Source: Epiperipatus broadwayi (lineage: Eukaryota; Animalia; Onychophora). Taken from it: DNA of 64,000 bases. The DNA lies in the NCBI GenBank assembly GCA_028023455.1, contig JAQFVV010000006.1, positions 14,260,001-14,324,000 on the forward strand. The letters run 5' to 3'. Below are positions 13,122-26,500 of the stretch, in pieces (the stretch's first letter is position 1; each line of letters opens with the position of its first letter). A model generated the notes under the pieces. It was not told where the DNA came from. It ran no database searches and saw nothing but the letters and a program-made list of their open reading frames with translations. The position numbers were made by a program, and so were the translations under genes.

Positions 13122-14164
13122 TATTTATTTCTTCATAGAATCAAAAATCAAAGTTATGAATATTAAATTTTTTTCTATTGTTCTCAATGCTTTAACCATT
13201 TATTATATCAAGAATTTAAATAATTTACATAATGTAAAATATAAGTATGAGTACAAATATATTATTTATTATATGCCTGGAAAAATAGTTTTTATGTTGG
13301 TTACATTGTTTGCACCCCTCCCCCCCAATTGATTGGGTTTACAGTAATATATAATATCTTAAGTCCCCCCCCCCCACTATTTTTTTTCTGACCTCTTGGA
13401 AACTAGAAATTTGATATTTTAATATTTGTATTGATTTTTGATTATGTGAGCAATAATTGAAAGCTTTTAAGAAATTAATGATTGAAATTTTATTAATTAA
13501 CCTACTGTAATTAAAAGTATTTAGTGATTTAGAATGTTGTATTAATGTTATAAATTGGCTTGTTAAACAAAAACAAAGATTTAAATATTTTCTTTAATCA
13601 CTTTCATTTATTACTTACTGGATTGAAAATCAGCATGAATATTTAAACATCAAGGTTTATATTTTTGCCATTTCAACCATTAATTTTTGCCTTTTTCAAG
13701 GATAAGTTTAATATTACTCGCTGTTAAAATATGTTGAGACTAATGAATAAACATATAAAGAGCAAGTACAATTTAGAAAGAATAAAGATCTATAGATGTA
13801 ATTGGAACAATGTGTACTACTGAGAAATATATTTAAAAAGTGATCTTTAAAAAGCATTTGATGGAGTAAATTCAGTCATTTTGTTGGATATTTTGAAAAA
13901 AGAAAGATGTAAATTGATTTAGGTAGTTTTTATATTAATCAAAATATTTTTATAATATTAAAGTTTTTTTTTTCTACAAAAGAAATAGTTGTAATGAGGG
14001 TTATATGCCAATGTTGCTATTTGTCTTCTGTTTTGTTTAGCATTTATTTAGATAGATTGTTAAATGAATATTGTTTAGGTGGGATTATAATTGACATTAA
14101 AGGTAAACAAGAGAATCATTTTATGATAATCTAACTGCATTTACTAATATTGAAAATTAAAGGC

Positions 14165-14390
14165 AATTTCGACCCAGTCTTTCAACTCCCTTCAATATAA
14201 CCAACACCCATGACCATATATATACATGTGAAAAAGATAATTGATCTCCAATATACTACTAGTTCAGTATGAAATATATATGTTGGACAGCATTTATCTT
14301 ATTCATATGTATGTGATTATGTGTATTGGTTATATTACACAGAGTGGATATCTGAAGGAAGTTTGAAAGTCTAGGTTCAAATCTCCTACC
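14165..14390. mobile_element. Family C hammerhead repeat, short degenerate inverted pair
   Basis: Minus arm to ~14256 and plus arm from ~14259, both homologous to the 3' half of family C. Confidence 0.7.
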
Positions 14391-15559
14391 TAGCTTAGGT
14401 ATATAAACTATACTTGTATTTAAGTATTAAATGTGGAGAATAAATTAAGTCTAAAAAAAATAGTTGGACAGAAAGTAGTAGATTAGTGATTTTAAGCACT
14501 GTTTGATTTCTGTCCAAAGGTGGAAGTAGTGACAAAGATATGAGAATAGGAATTGGTTTTGATTAAATGGGCTTTTAATAGTAGTAGATTTTGTTTAAAA
14601 GTCAAGGAGGCTTGTTCTTATGCTATTTTAATTATAATTTTAGTTGTAGCTGAAATATAGGTAGTAGAAAAAAGGGCAGAAACGATTGGAGACTTGAGAA
14701 CTGAAGCTGGAGGAGAGTAGAAAAGACAAATTGAAAAGATAGGTTAAGCGTATGTTAAAGTGGTGGAGAGAATAGATGAAAAGATATAAAGGCAAAGGAA
14801 TTATTAAACATTTGTTACAATGATGATGGGGTGGGGGGGAGAAAGAAGTTAGTTAATATTATATAGTAGGGTAGTCAGAAGTGTTTAAAAAATAGAGCAA
14901 AGATTAGAACAGCTAGGGTAAGATTTTGAATTGATGTACACAAACTCTTTTGACAGGTAGTTGATGAAGATGAATTGAATATTATAATATTTTTAATTGC
15001 AAACTTTTGAGATAATGATAGAAGGGTGATTAATTTATATTATAAATCAAATTTGATGGGTAACTGAGGAGTAATCATTTGAATTAAAGTGAATAAAAAA
15101 TTGCAACAAAAATTGAATAAGGTAGGTAGACTTTATAGTGATATCCTGGAATTGGCTACAAGAAAAGTACTATTTAAAAAATATAATTAGATAACATTGA
15201 AATTATAGAAAAAATCATTTTTGCTTGCTTGATGCAGAATGCAATTTAGAGATAGGCTGAGTAATAAATGATTTTTAAAATGTTTTAAATTTAAGCTGAT
15301 GGGTATACTTTATATGTTGTTTTTTAAAAAATTTCAATGTATATATTATTTACAATTAAATATTTAAAGCTTGTAATTGAAACGTGATCTACCTTACGAT
15401 ATAATAATATAAACAGCCATTCATTAACAAGTATGGCCATTCTAACTTCATAAAGAGAGAGAGAGAACCAATATGATTACAGAAATGACTATACATATGA
15501 AACTGTGAACCACAAATACATCTATATGGCTAATCTATTTTCTTCATATTTTACGATTC

Positions 15560-15830
15560 GTCAGCAGAAAGTCTTTCCGAGATACTTCATCATGCCTAAT
15601 TGTAGCTCTTCAGTGTATATACTATTCTCTGTCACATATCCCAATGGAAACAACTGATATTGCACTTGTTTAAAATAACTTTGAAATAATCCTTATAATA
15701 TAGATGGGATCTATCTTCCCCATTATATCATGCTTCAGTTCACATAAAACATCCTTTTAAGAAATCTTGCATTGCTCTTTCATTTTACATGTCCAATCTA
15801 GTGAAGGTCTGCTTTTATAATGGTGGACTT
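15560..15830 (-). mobile_element. Degenerate LINE RT C-terminal fragment
   Basis: The reverse complement gives a WIGHVK...RMFY.ELKH pattern, with stops. Confidence 0.5.
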
Positions 15831-16399
15831 TATTGTATCACATCCAGGAAGTTGAAGAATACAGTGATTGGTTTTATGATCTTGTCATGATATTTAAAAA
15901 TTTTACAGAGCATTTTAAAATAAAACTTTTATAATGCTGTTATACTGTGCCAATAGAATGTCGAAGTTATAAAACACCAGAATGAATTGTGTAGAATAGC
16001 AATTCTTAATTTAACTTTCCTGGGAATACCAACTTTCCAGGGACACTTTAATCCTAATATTTCTATTAAATCTGTAGTTTGAAAATACTTCAAATGGTTG
16101 GTATTTATGTGGAAAGATCTTGAATTCTTTCTTATTCTTTCTCATGCTTTTTGACTTACATGTATATGGAAACTTCCAAAATATGAGAATAGCATGCACC
16201 TCCTATGATTCGTGAAACATTTCTGACTATGACTGAAGCATATATAAATACATTTGTAAATATCAGTTTCAATTTCATTCACATATGTATTCAATCAGCT
16301 CGTAATATTAAAATCTAATAATATGTATTCAATTTTCTCATTATATAAATTTGTATAATTTTTTTTCATTTAGTTTGAAGTTATTTTTTAATTTGCTTA

Positions 16400-18400
16400 T
16401 AACCGATGACGAATGGCTAAAAAAAGGAAATGTTGCCGATAGTATTCATATGTACTGAATAGTTACAAATATACTTGATATGCAAAACATTTTGATAAGC
16501 AAAGGAATAAACCCTTTAAGAATGAATAATCAGTTAAAAATAAAGCATTTAGAGAAAGCTAAGAAGGATGAGGGCCGTTTTCATGATTAAATTTGAAAAA
16601 GTTCAACAATTGAAGTATTGTTTACAAATAAGCCAATCAACTTGAAACGGAATTTGTGGCATCATATAAATTTTCAAATATAACTGCCAAATATGGAAAA
16701 GTGCCTGTAAAAACTTATTCCAGTAGATATGAAAGGAAATTTTATATGATGCATACGTGATCTTACTATTATTGATATAATATCTTTAATTGTGCTTAGC
16801 AACAGTTAAATATCTGATAGGTGAAATGGCAGAGTATATTAAAATAAACTCAAAGCTGACTTGAAAAATACTGAATTTTGTTTATAGTTTGACGAATCTG
16901 CATTATTTGACGAATCTTTATTATTGGCTTATATATCACGTTCAACCATTTGGGATGATTTTTCCAAGTTTAACCCAGTTTATCAGATCCATAGCCTTTC
17001 TAATTCACATTATGCCACAAACTACCCTATTTCATCTATCCATCTCATAAGTCATCTCTTTCAAAGTCTTACAATTTCTTGGGATCCATTTTAAAACATC
17101 AACTATTCACAATTTCTTGAGATCCATTTTAAAACATCAACTATTCAGTTATCATTTCTTCTAGCATTATATCTAGTCCAGATCTATTTCAGTCTCTTAA
17201 TTCAAAATCAATGATATTAGTGATACACATGCTATTTAAATATCAATCAAAAGTCTATTGGAGATTTCTTATTCGTTTAATGATGACAAATTAATAGAAA
17301 AGTCTTTACGATATATAAAACAGTTAAGCAATTTTTTCATGATACAGTTGTTTTCCTTATGCATGTTATTGCATGTTAACTGGTGGATTTCATTCTAGGT
17401 TTGGTTACCAATGTGGATTTATAACACGTCTTAAAGAGAACATTTCTTGTGAGTGCCTGTACTGCCTGCCACATTCATCAACATTTGGCCGCTAAACAAC
17501 TTAATAATTTACATAACGCTTTGCAAGTGTTTATCAAAGTAGCAAATAAAATAAAAGTCCTTTCATTGGATTCATATATTTTGGCATCTTTGCCATGAAA
17601 GAGGAAATGGAATGACATGTACTACATACTTAAGTTGGATAGCCTTCGAAAAAAAATGCCTGCAATGTGTTAATGATCTCTACGATTTTATTTTTGAATC
17701 TTTCAGATCATTTACTGCTAGTATTGCATATTTTTCTATTATCTTCAACAAATTAAATGAACTTAACATTAAAATGCAGAGAAACAAAATGTGCCTAATT
17801 AAAGCAAACAAAATTTATCGGCAAGAAATTAATTACAAAGTGGTGTAACAATGTACAACTTTTATCAGTTTTTCCTTTTGCAAACAGTGATGGAACACAA
17901 AATGCTTTTTTTTTGTTAGATGTAGATTTGGACTTCTATCATTCTCATACTTCAAGCATTGAAGGAAGATATGGTAACATAATTTAAAGATTTTAGTGTG
18001 CAACTAAGCTTTAAATCGATTGTAGGCCAATACAAATAATGCTGAAATAAATTTAACTGAAGAGCTAGTAGACTTGAAACATGATTCTGAAATGCAAATC
18101 ATGAAGTATTTTGGTTAAAGAAACAAAATAATTTATCCCAGCTTTGACAAGGAATGCCATTGTTGGTACTAGTTTTCTCACTTTCATATTTGGTTGTGAG
18201 AAGATTCAGCGTAGACATCCGAGTGCATTCAATGTAGACATCTGAGTGCTTACTAAATAGCAGAATAGATGGCAAGTAAGTTATAAAGAGGGATTGTGAA
18301 GATTGATTGATAAATAATGAACCCGATATTGATAACTGAGTGAAAATCTGATTATGGTGAACTTCACCAAAAGTGCACTCATTTAGATTTGTAAAAAAGA
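16400..18400 (+). mobile_element. hAT (Buster/ZBED5-like) transposase remnant, interrupted at ~16960-17230 by a LINE fragment
   Basis: Decayed motifs: BED-finger-like MKP.R...L.TKH, an FCL.LDES-like motif, an H.EVRWLS-like motif, FNKLNELNIKMQ, and a dimerisation-domain SYLVER.FS-like motif. Confidence 0.7.
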
Positions 18401-19623
18401 AAGAAACCACTTTGTAATGCAGACGAACAAATATACGCAAATTTGTATGCAACATTCTTTATACAATTACTAATCCAAAATTGACAAATTATTCTGTATA
18501 TATGTATATTTTAGGAGCAATCATTATTAGCTTACTTGGAGAGCATCAAATGTCCATGCAAATATTATAATTGCTCATCTTGGCATTAATACTGGTAAAT
18601 TGACTAGAGAAAACATCTTATGTTGAAGTTCAAATGTTTGTTGCTATAATTGGCTGATTCAGTACTAATCAAGGCAGAATCATAAATTTGCTTTATTAAA
18701 ATTTAGATAAAAAACCTAACCGAAATATATAACGAATAAATGCATCTTGAAACTAGGTAAAGAAATTTGGAGGGATGTTAGCTCTAGTCATCATGCATGA
18801 AATAGTTTTTGTCTCCTTGCCATACCACGATGAAAAAATTGAGAAATCATTTTGATGTATGTATGTGTTTCAAGAACAGCTATCATTAACTGTCTACCAC
18901 AAATATAACAACTATTTATATTACTATTGACTAATTTATGGAAAACAGCATTAAATATTCATATTTTAATATCAAGGTGGACAATTTGTCCATCTTAACA
19001 GAATGTAAGCTTCTATTTTATTTGTGTGGACAATTGTGCCAATTGTTCAAGAAAGTGGATGATGATTATTTCTGATTTGTCAATTTTCCCTGTAGAATGA
19101 TGACTGGATTATAGATGTTTCATGAATGGTAATTGGAGGTGACATTTCGCCAGATATTAATATATTTTTAAAGTGCATTTATTTATTTTTTATTATATGT
19201 ATAAATTATCAAATATTTGTTTTTTAATTATTTAAGAATAAAATCATTCTTGAAATTTTTATTATTTTCCTAAGTATAATTGCAAACAATAAAATTATTA
19301 GTACTTAAAATCTCAATGTATGATTTATCACATATCTGTGTCCATTTACCATGAAATATCGACATAGAGGGTACTGAGGAAATATAAGTTAAGAATCACT
19401 AGACGAAAGCAATCAATATCAAATTACCACTGAATCATAATGTCACTTATCATGCTATTTTATTTCATACTCCTATTTACTTTCAGATTTAAAAAATTAA
19501 ATACATTTTAAAATTTTAAATTATTGTGTAGAAGCCTAAAGTAATGCCTTTACTTATCAGTTATTAATGTTATATATAGAGCTCACAAAATAAGCTCTTA
19601 ACAAGCTTTGAGAATATCCTCAA

Positions 19624-19661
19624 CCCCAGACCGGTTTCTGCTTCTGGCGTCGTCAGTGAGA
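19624..19661 (-). ncRNA. Type I hammerhead ribozyme, family B
   Basis: Reverse complement: TCTCA CTGACGA CGC CAGAA GCA GAAAC CG GTC^TGGGG. Palindrome ACCGGT. Confidence 0.85.
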
Positions 19662-20082
19662 TGCCAGGGTATTCAAGCATTAGATTAAAAATACCAGGAC
19701 AAGCCCAGCACTTTATCTAATGTATAACTAACTATTGAGTAGAAAATCAAATTGTCAGACACATATGTCTTCCAATCCAGCTATCTAACTCAAATAGTCA
19801 TATGGGACTGAACTAAATTAAATTAAGTCATGTGACATCTGACTTGATTTTTATCATTTTATTTTTTGCTAATAAGGCTTTGATGATTTTATATTACTAA
19901 AGCTATTAATATATGGTGTATCTGAACTTGGTTCAGTCCCATATGGCTATTTGAGTTAGATAGCTGGATTGGAAGACATATGGATGTCTGATAATTTCAG
20001 ATTTTCTACTCACTAGTTATACATTAGATAAAGTGCTGGGATTGTCCTAGTATTTTTAATCTGATGCTTGAATATCTTGGTA

Positions 20083-20120
20083 CCTCACTGACGATGCCAG
20101 AAGCAGAAACCGTTCTGGGG
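20083..20120 (+). ncRNA. Type I hammerhead ribozyme, family B (stem III point mutation)
   Basis: CCTCA CTGACGA TGC CAGAA GCA GAAAC CG TTC TGGGG. Stem I is extended by GAATATCTT/AGGATATTC. Confidence 0.8.
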
Positions 20121-20599
20121 TTGAGGATATTCTCAAAGCTTGTTAGAGCTTATTTTGCGAACTCTATATATAACATTTGTAATTAGAAGATTATTAAATT
20201 AAGTCATGTGACATCTGACTTGATTTTTTGTTATCGTTTTATCAAATATATATATTTAAAACTATAATGAAATTGCTAACCAAAAACCATCACACAAGCA
20301 TCAATCATGCAGTAGTTAGGACAACAGGTTCTGGGGCATGATCTGTTAAGTTGTTTGCAAACAAGCTGAGCATTTTTGTATCAAGTAATTAGCCCATAAT
20401 CAAATATCTAGTGTCGGTTGGTAAATGGATATCTATTATGGTCATTAGAGTCTTAATGCACTGACTGTAAAAAAAAAAAAAATTGGTCTTCTACGGTCAC
20501 TAAGGTGCAGAGTGTATTTTGTATTGATAAAGTGAAAACATTTGATTAATAAACTGAGCTCAAAACATTTTAAACTTCACTGGTGAAAGCTGTTAAATG

Positions 20600-20790
20600 T
20601 GCAGAAGTAATGTATCAGCCTGCCATGTCTTTGATATGGGGTTCGAATTCACCAGAAATTAATTATTTCAAAGTGACTTAGAAATTTTTTCTCCGCTAGC
20701 TAACGGTTAATCAACCATCTAACATTGATCACTAAATGGGTATCCTGTTTTCGTTGGTAAGAGGGTAAAGCAAGAATAGAAAAACGTTTT
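20600..20790 (+). mobile_element. Possible tRNA-derived SINE remnant
   Basis: B-box-like GGGTTCGAATTC followed by a taaatgggtatcc...gggtaaag segment. No clear A box. Confidence 0.35.
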
Positions 20791-21910
20791 ATCTGACGTG
20801 GCAGTCGCATTTGCCTGGTTAGTATTCCCTTCTCGTTCACTGTTGTTTTATGAGAAACTCTTTGGAAGGTCTTTATTTTACGGCGGGATGTTTTTAAAAT
20901 GAAGTCGATTTTTTAATAACACGCTATGGCCCATTTTTGCTAGTTATTGTTGTAAAATCACTTTATTAGTTTTAAAATTCTCACAAGCAATAAAGTATTA
21001 AAAGAGAAAATCTTATAATTTGAAAGCGGAATTTCAAAAATGTTGGTTTTACAATTAGATTTTATTTATAGTACAGTATTTTTTCTCCCCACTTAAACTG
21101 TTTTTAAAATAAAATCATTATAAAGTTATTTAATGACAAACTTGCTAACGTATTGTATATTTAACATTTTATAAACTAATTTTAAAACTCAGATTATTAA
21201 GTAAATAAGTTACAAAATATTTGTTTTATTAAAAGCCAACAACAACAAAAAAATGCGAAAATCTGTAATATAATTTGTAAATCTTTCCGTTTTATTAGGT
21301 TTAGAAACTAAAAATAGAAAAATGATTTACATATATGCAATCATAGCATAATTCACACCTGAATAAAATCTGAAAATTCTTGTAGGTTCTAAAGAGTTTA
21401 GGATTTTCTTTCAAGTAGCCTCTCGTTGCCAAATCAGCTTAGTTTCGAATATTGGTCAGGAAAAGAGTATCTAGGTATTCTTACCTAGCGATAGGGTGGA
21501 TGCGGAGAGTTAACAAAAGGAGAGAAACGGCTTATGCTCTCATTACCTGGCAAGAAGCAAAGTTGACGATTAGTGCCTTCGCTTTCACTATTCCTCTGAA
21601 AGGGTCATCTTTTACTCACATCATCATCACCATAGCGGTCAAATCATTATTGCATATTTCCCCCGAATAATCTAGCAAACTGTTTGATGTTCCCCCTATT
21701 TCATATTGGGTCTTTTCTTACAATACTTGTCTTTTATCAACAAGACATCACATGACTTCTGCTTACGTCATATCCTGTTCAGTAGCAAATTCTTTTCTTT
21801 TTTTTTTTTTCAGTACATTTCTGCCACTTATTGGAATCTTTTAGTAATCAATCTAAAACAGGTAATAGAGCTTTGGGAGGAGCTTTTTAGATCTGTGGGA
21901 CTGCAGCTGG

Positions 21911-22654
21911 ATCTTTTGGATTTAAACCACTAAACATCACATGATCACCATCTCTTATACTAGCACATAATTGTTATTAAACAAGGCAAAACTCCATACA
22001 GTAGTGCCACCCTGTGCCAATGGTTGCCAGAAGGCTTGTGCATAAAATCCCTATCTAATGCCTACTCATCCAATATCCCCAGACTAGTTTCTGGCACGTG
22101 GCCTTCGTCAGTGAGGAGCTTTGGATCTGAAAGCACTGCACCTAGATCTTAGGATCTAATGCAACCTCCACCAAACACCTTTTATCTCTACTTAACTACT
22201 AAAGTATGAGAATGAAATTTAAAACAATAATATTTTTAATCTAAGCTCAATAGCTCATATAGTCATATGGGTCTGAACTCAGTTCAGCACCCATACATTT
22301 TGGTGTCTTTGGCTCTTTAACAACCATAGCCACCACTATCCTATTAGGCAGGATTGGTGTTAAACTGCTAAACATCACATGATCACCATCTCTTATACTA
22401 GCACATAATTGTTATTAAACAAGGCAACACTCCATACAGTAGTGCCACCCTCTGCCAACCAGAATAATCAAATAATCAATGGATGCCAGAAGGCTTGTGC
22501 ATAAAATCCACAAGCCAGAAACTAGTCCGGGGATATTGGATAAGTAGGCATTAGATAGGGATTTTATGCACAAGCCTGGAATCCATTGATTACTCTGGTT
22601 AGCACAAGGTGGCACTACTACATGGAGTTTTGCCTTGTTATCTTTTGGATTTAA
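21911..22654 (-). mobile_element. Family A hammerhead repeat, 1.3-mer with 5' inversion and 15-bp TSD
   Basis: 438-nt period (taaacatcacatgatcacc at 21931 and 22369). Plus-strand fragment 22508-22639. ATCTTTTGGATTTAA occurs at 21911-21925 and 22640-22654. Confidence 0.92.
22077..22116 (-). ncRNA. Type I hammerhead ribozyme, family A, intact core
   Basis: Reverse complement: CCTCA CTGACGA AGGC CACGT GCCA GAAAC TA GTC^TGGGG. Stem I extension ATCCAA/TTGGAT. Confidence 0.87.
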
Positions 22655-22879
22655 TGTACTCTTTCTTTAATTATAAAGAACATGCTAATATCTCTAAATA
22701 AGCTTATTTTATTATTTTTTTAAATTTAATTTAATTTTTACCGATAAATGCAGCAAGAGCTGGAAACCGGTTTGGGGATGGGGATGTCTAGATAGAGATT
22801 TTGAATGCATTCTTAGCAAGCTCTTTTTATTACATTTATACAAAGTCATGTGATGTATGGCTTGATTAATGGAATAAAG

Positions 22880-23070
22880 AATAACTGCTGGAGGAATGGT
22901 GCATTAGATCCAAAAAATCAAGAAGCACTGCTCCCAGATATGAAAGCTTTCTGATGAAAGTCATAAGCCCGAAACTAGTCTGCAGATAATGGAAAGAATG
23001 GTAATGGATAGGGATTTAATAAGCATTACCATCTGGCATCTGTTGAATTATTAAAGCTTGCACTAAGTAA
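22880..23070 (+). mobile_element. Older family A fragment with hammerhead core at 22951-22980
   Basis: CTGATGA AAGTCATAAGCCC GAAAC TA GTC. Stems are decayed. Confidence 0.65.
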
Positions 23071-23925
23071 CACAAATATGGTGAGAAAAAAGAATTGGTT
23101 TATTATTGATAGCCCTTGGATTGTTTATATTTTCAAATAATGCTGTAGTCTGATTGTAACATTCAAGAACTAAGAATGATGGGTAGAGTCAACAGTTTGT
23201 TCAAATGATCAAGCATTAACCCTTCCCCCATTTAGGACTCAATACATCAACTTTTAGCTCTTGAATCTGCTACTCTATTGGACACCAAAGCTATACTATG
23301 ACGAAACTTTCAGGTGCTAGGTTAAATTATAGATTGTAATGTACTGATGCTCACTTGTCCCAGCTGTTTAGGGAATTATATGGATCTACAGTTATATTAT
23401 ATGATTATGGATGTAGTAATATGGATTCATTAAGATGACCAAAGTTACACATATCTACCCAATAGTAATTGATTTTTTACCAGATACTTCTTAGACATGT
23501 GATTATAAAAGTAGTAATATGGATTCATTAAGGTAACCAAAGTATATACCCCATAGGAATTGATTTGTATCAGATATTTCTTAGAGTTTATCTGGAATCA
23601 AAAACATTCAATAACAACTAATGTTATTATTAATAGCTACCCTTATGCAAAGGCTATTCATCTTTGTGTTTCTTAGAAATTGCTTTATGCAATTTTCAAA
23701 ATCCACAATAGCATCATGTTCACAGATTGTAGGTAATATATAGTCACTTCATGAACTGAAGTCTAAATGACTAAGGAAAAGTTTTATGTGATGTCTGATT
23801 ACCATAAAATGATCCTGATCTTAGTTTGAAATGATTAAAGAATTACTGTTGTGTTTGCATCACTACAAACATAATAACCATTTATCTTAACAGTATAATC
23901 ATATCTTTATCATAAAACTCTTGAG

Positions 23926-25177
23926 TCATTTATGGAAACATGAGTAACTAATGTGGTATAAACAATCCTATCTACATCATATTCTAACACATTTATGTAA
24001 ACAGTTGTAACCTTTAGACACATCTATATAAACAGATGTAACCTTTAGAGTGGATCAACAGTTAAGTCTGACTACATCATTATACTCTAGAGATATGGTA
24101 TATTAACATTTAATCCTATCTACATTATTATATTCTAAGACATCTCTATAAACATGTATAACCTTTAGAGTAAAATTCTATTTACATCATTACACTAGAA
24201 ACATCTGTGGAAGCATGAATAACCAACAGCATGGATCAAGTTATTTTTATCAACATTGTTATATTATGGTGACATCTATGGAAACATGTAACCAATAAAG
24301 ATCACAGTTAATCCTATTTATGTCAAAGACATCTACGGAAGCCTGAGAAATCAACAATTAATCTTATCTACATTATTATAATATAGAGGTATCTATGGAA
24401 GCATGAGTAGGTAATATGGTATGTTAACAGTTAATCCTATCCACTTTATATTCTAAGATATTTATGTAAGTTTTTATAACATTTAGCTAAAGTGGATCAA
24501 CAATGAATCCTATCTATATCTTATTATGGTATGTTAACAGTTAATTCTATTCACTTTACATTCTAAGATATTTATGTAAGCATTTATAACCTTTAGCTAA
24601 AGTGGATCAACAGTGAATTATCTATATTTTATTCTAGAGACATCCACAGAAACATGAATACCCAATAGAATGGATCAAGTTAATTTTATTAACATAATTA
24701 TACCAGGAAGATATCTGTGGAAGTATATGTTATCAATAGTGGATTACAGTTAATCCTGTTTAATCAAAGACATCTATGGAAGCATGAGTAATCAATAAAG
24801 TAGATCAAGTTAATTCTATGTCATTATATACTGATAACATTTATGGAAACGAGTAATCAAAAAATGGATCAGTAGTTAATCCTATCATTATACTCTAGAG
24901 ACATCAGTGGAAGTATGAATAATGAATAGTGGATCAATAGTTAAGCCTATTTATACCAACCATTACTCTTTAGAGATTATCTATTGAAACATGAGTAATC
25001 TGCAGTGAACTAACAGTTAATCCTATCTACACATCATTATATTCTAAAGTTATATGTATAACCATGAGTGGATTAACAGTTAATCTTATGTATATCATTA
25101 TTCTCTAGACATCTATGGAAGCATGCTTCATCTTTAGAGTGGATTAACAATTAATTCTATCTACAGCATATTCTAAA
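23926..25177. repeat. Degenerate tandem minisatellite, unit ~65-75 bp
   Basis: Recurring GACATCTATGGAAGCATG...GTGGATCAACAGTTAATCCTATCTACATCATTATA.TCTAGA blocks. Confidence 0.85.
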
Positions 25178-26037
25178 GGAGGCATGGGTGGGTAACTTGT
25201 GGTCTCCCTATGACTTTCAATTTGGCACATAATATTATTAATAATTTATTTATTATCAACTTATATATATCATATATAATGTTGATATTTGTAATACTCT
25301 TGAGTAAATATAAATTTAATTATACATTCAGTGTTTTTTAATGATTATATTCATTTTTGAAGCTAAAAGTTTAAATTCCTTGTGCTTGTATAAACCTATT
25401 CACAGAACAAATAACCTCAAATACTTTACAAAGTAGATTGACCTTCATGTGACAAAAGGTGTAAGTTATTTACAAAGTCATTTAAAAGATTCATTGAGAA
25501 TTTTGCTTATGAATTATTTTAGTAATGTATACAGACTTCTTTGTTTCATGAATAGGTTTATATTTTTAGGATTACTGCATATGTTTTTTTCATGGCGTTT
25601 GGTCACAATTTATTAAAATGAGATCTAAAATAAAATTATATCTATATATAAAGAAACATCTCTTAGTTCCAAGGTAGAATATTCACATTACCATTTCTAA
25701 GAACTGTTATCCAAACTTGGAGTGAGAGAAGTTTTTTTAAGATATAGGATTTTTTTTTCATGTAGGTATTCCATAGCCAACCTAGCTAACTCCAAGATTG
25801 GACAATTAATGGCTATCCAGATATTCTTAATTGGAAATAATGTAAGCATGGAAAAATGCTCAAATTTAGTAAGTCTGATCAGTGCCAACTTATCCATCAC
25901 TGTTCAAAGTGGCTTCTAAAGAGGTCTTTGTCTTTCTCCCAATAGATTTATAAAAAAAAAAAAAGCGCCACCCTTATATACACAATGAATACAATTAGGA
26001 AAAGTGAGTGATTCTTTCTTCATGCTCAGCAGGGTAT

Positions 26038-26500
26038 TACATGGTGACATAATTTAGCTATTCACCACAAAAATTTTGAGGTGTCACTGTCATTGAATCT
26101 AAAGTTATGACATGAAATGTGATAGCATGTTTTTATGATAAACAATGTGTAAATTTGGTTTTAAATTAGGCAAAATTGATGCTGCAATGGTTGGAATGAT
26201 TCAAACTGTGTATGATAGTGAAACCATGAGTCACAAAAATGTTTCCAGGTGGGTTGTAAGAGTTTATGATGATAGGGATAGCACTGAAGATAATCCATAA
26301 AGATATGAAACATACTTGTATTTTACTTGATGATCCATAAACACTTAAAATTTTGGGTGCGGTATAGCTAAACTATGTCATTACATAACGTGTGTTGATT
26401 CAGGCAGTTTGGAGAGATAACCAATCACCTTTTCACTAGGACATGCTATGTATATGAAAGGAGATGATATTTAAGTTTTTATCACTTAATGTATGATGAG
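26038..26500 (+). mobile_element. mariner transposase N-terminal remnant
   Basis: KF.FKLGK...MIQTVYDSETMSHKNVSRW...STEDNP pattern, with stops. Confidence 0.7.

Larger units (their letters stand above)
19566..20242 (+). mobile_element. Hammerhead-repeat family B, 5'-inverted insertion
   Basis: 376-nt period (attaaattaagtcatgtgacatctgac at 19817 and 20193). Inverted arm ~19566-19815. Confidence 0.9.

Noticed and set aside
16098-16130. MWKDLE as the end of the missing PPM1D exon
   Set aside because: The upstream residues (KWLVF) do not resemble the PP2C helix and there is no phase-1 donor.
22415-22615. Recurrent small ORF (also 32912-33127 and 45895-46149) as a peptide gene family
   Set aside because: These are antisense readings of family A repeats; starts, stops and frames are not conserved between copies.
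23926-25177. CRISPR-like repeat-spacer array
   Set aside because: Whole units are degenerate copies of each other with no unique spacers, there are no cas genes, and the context is eukaryotic.
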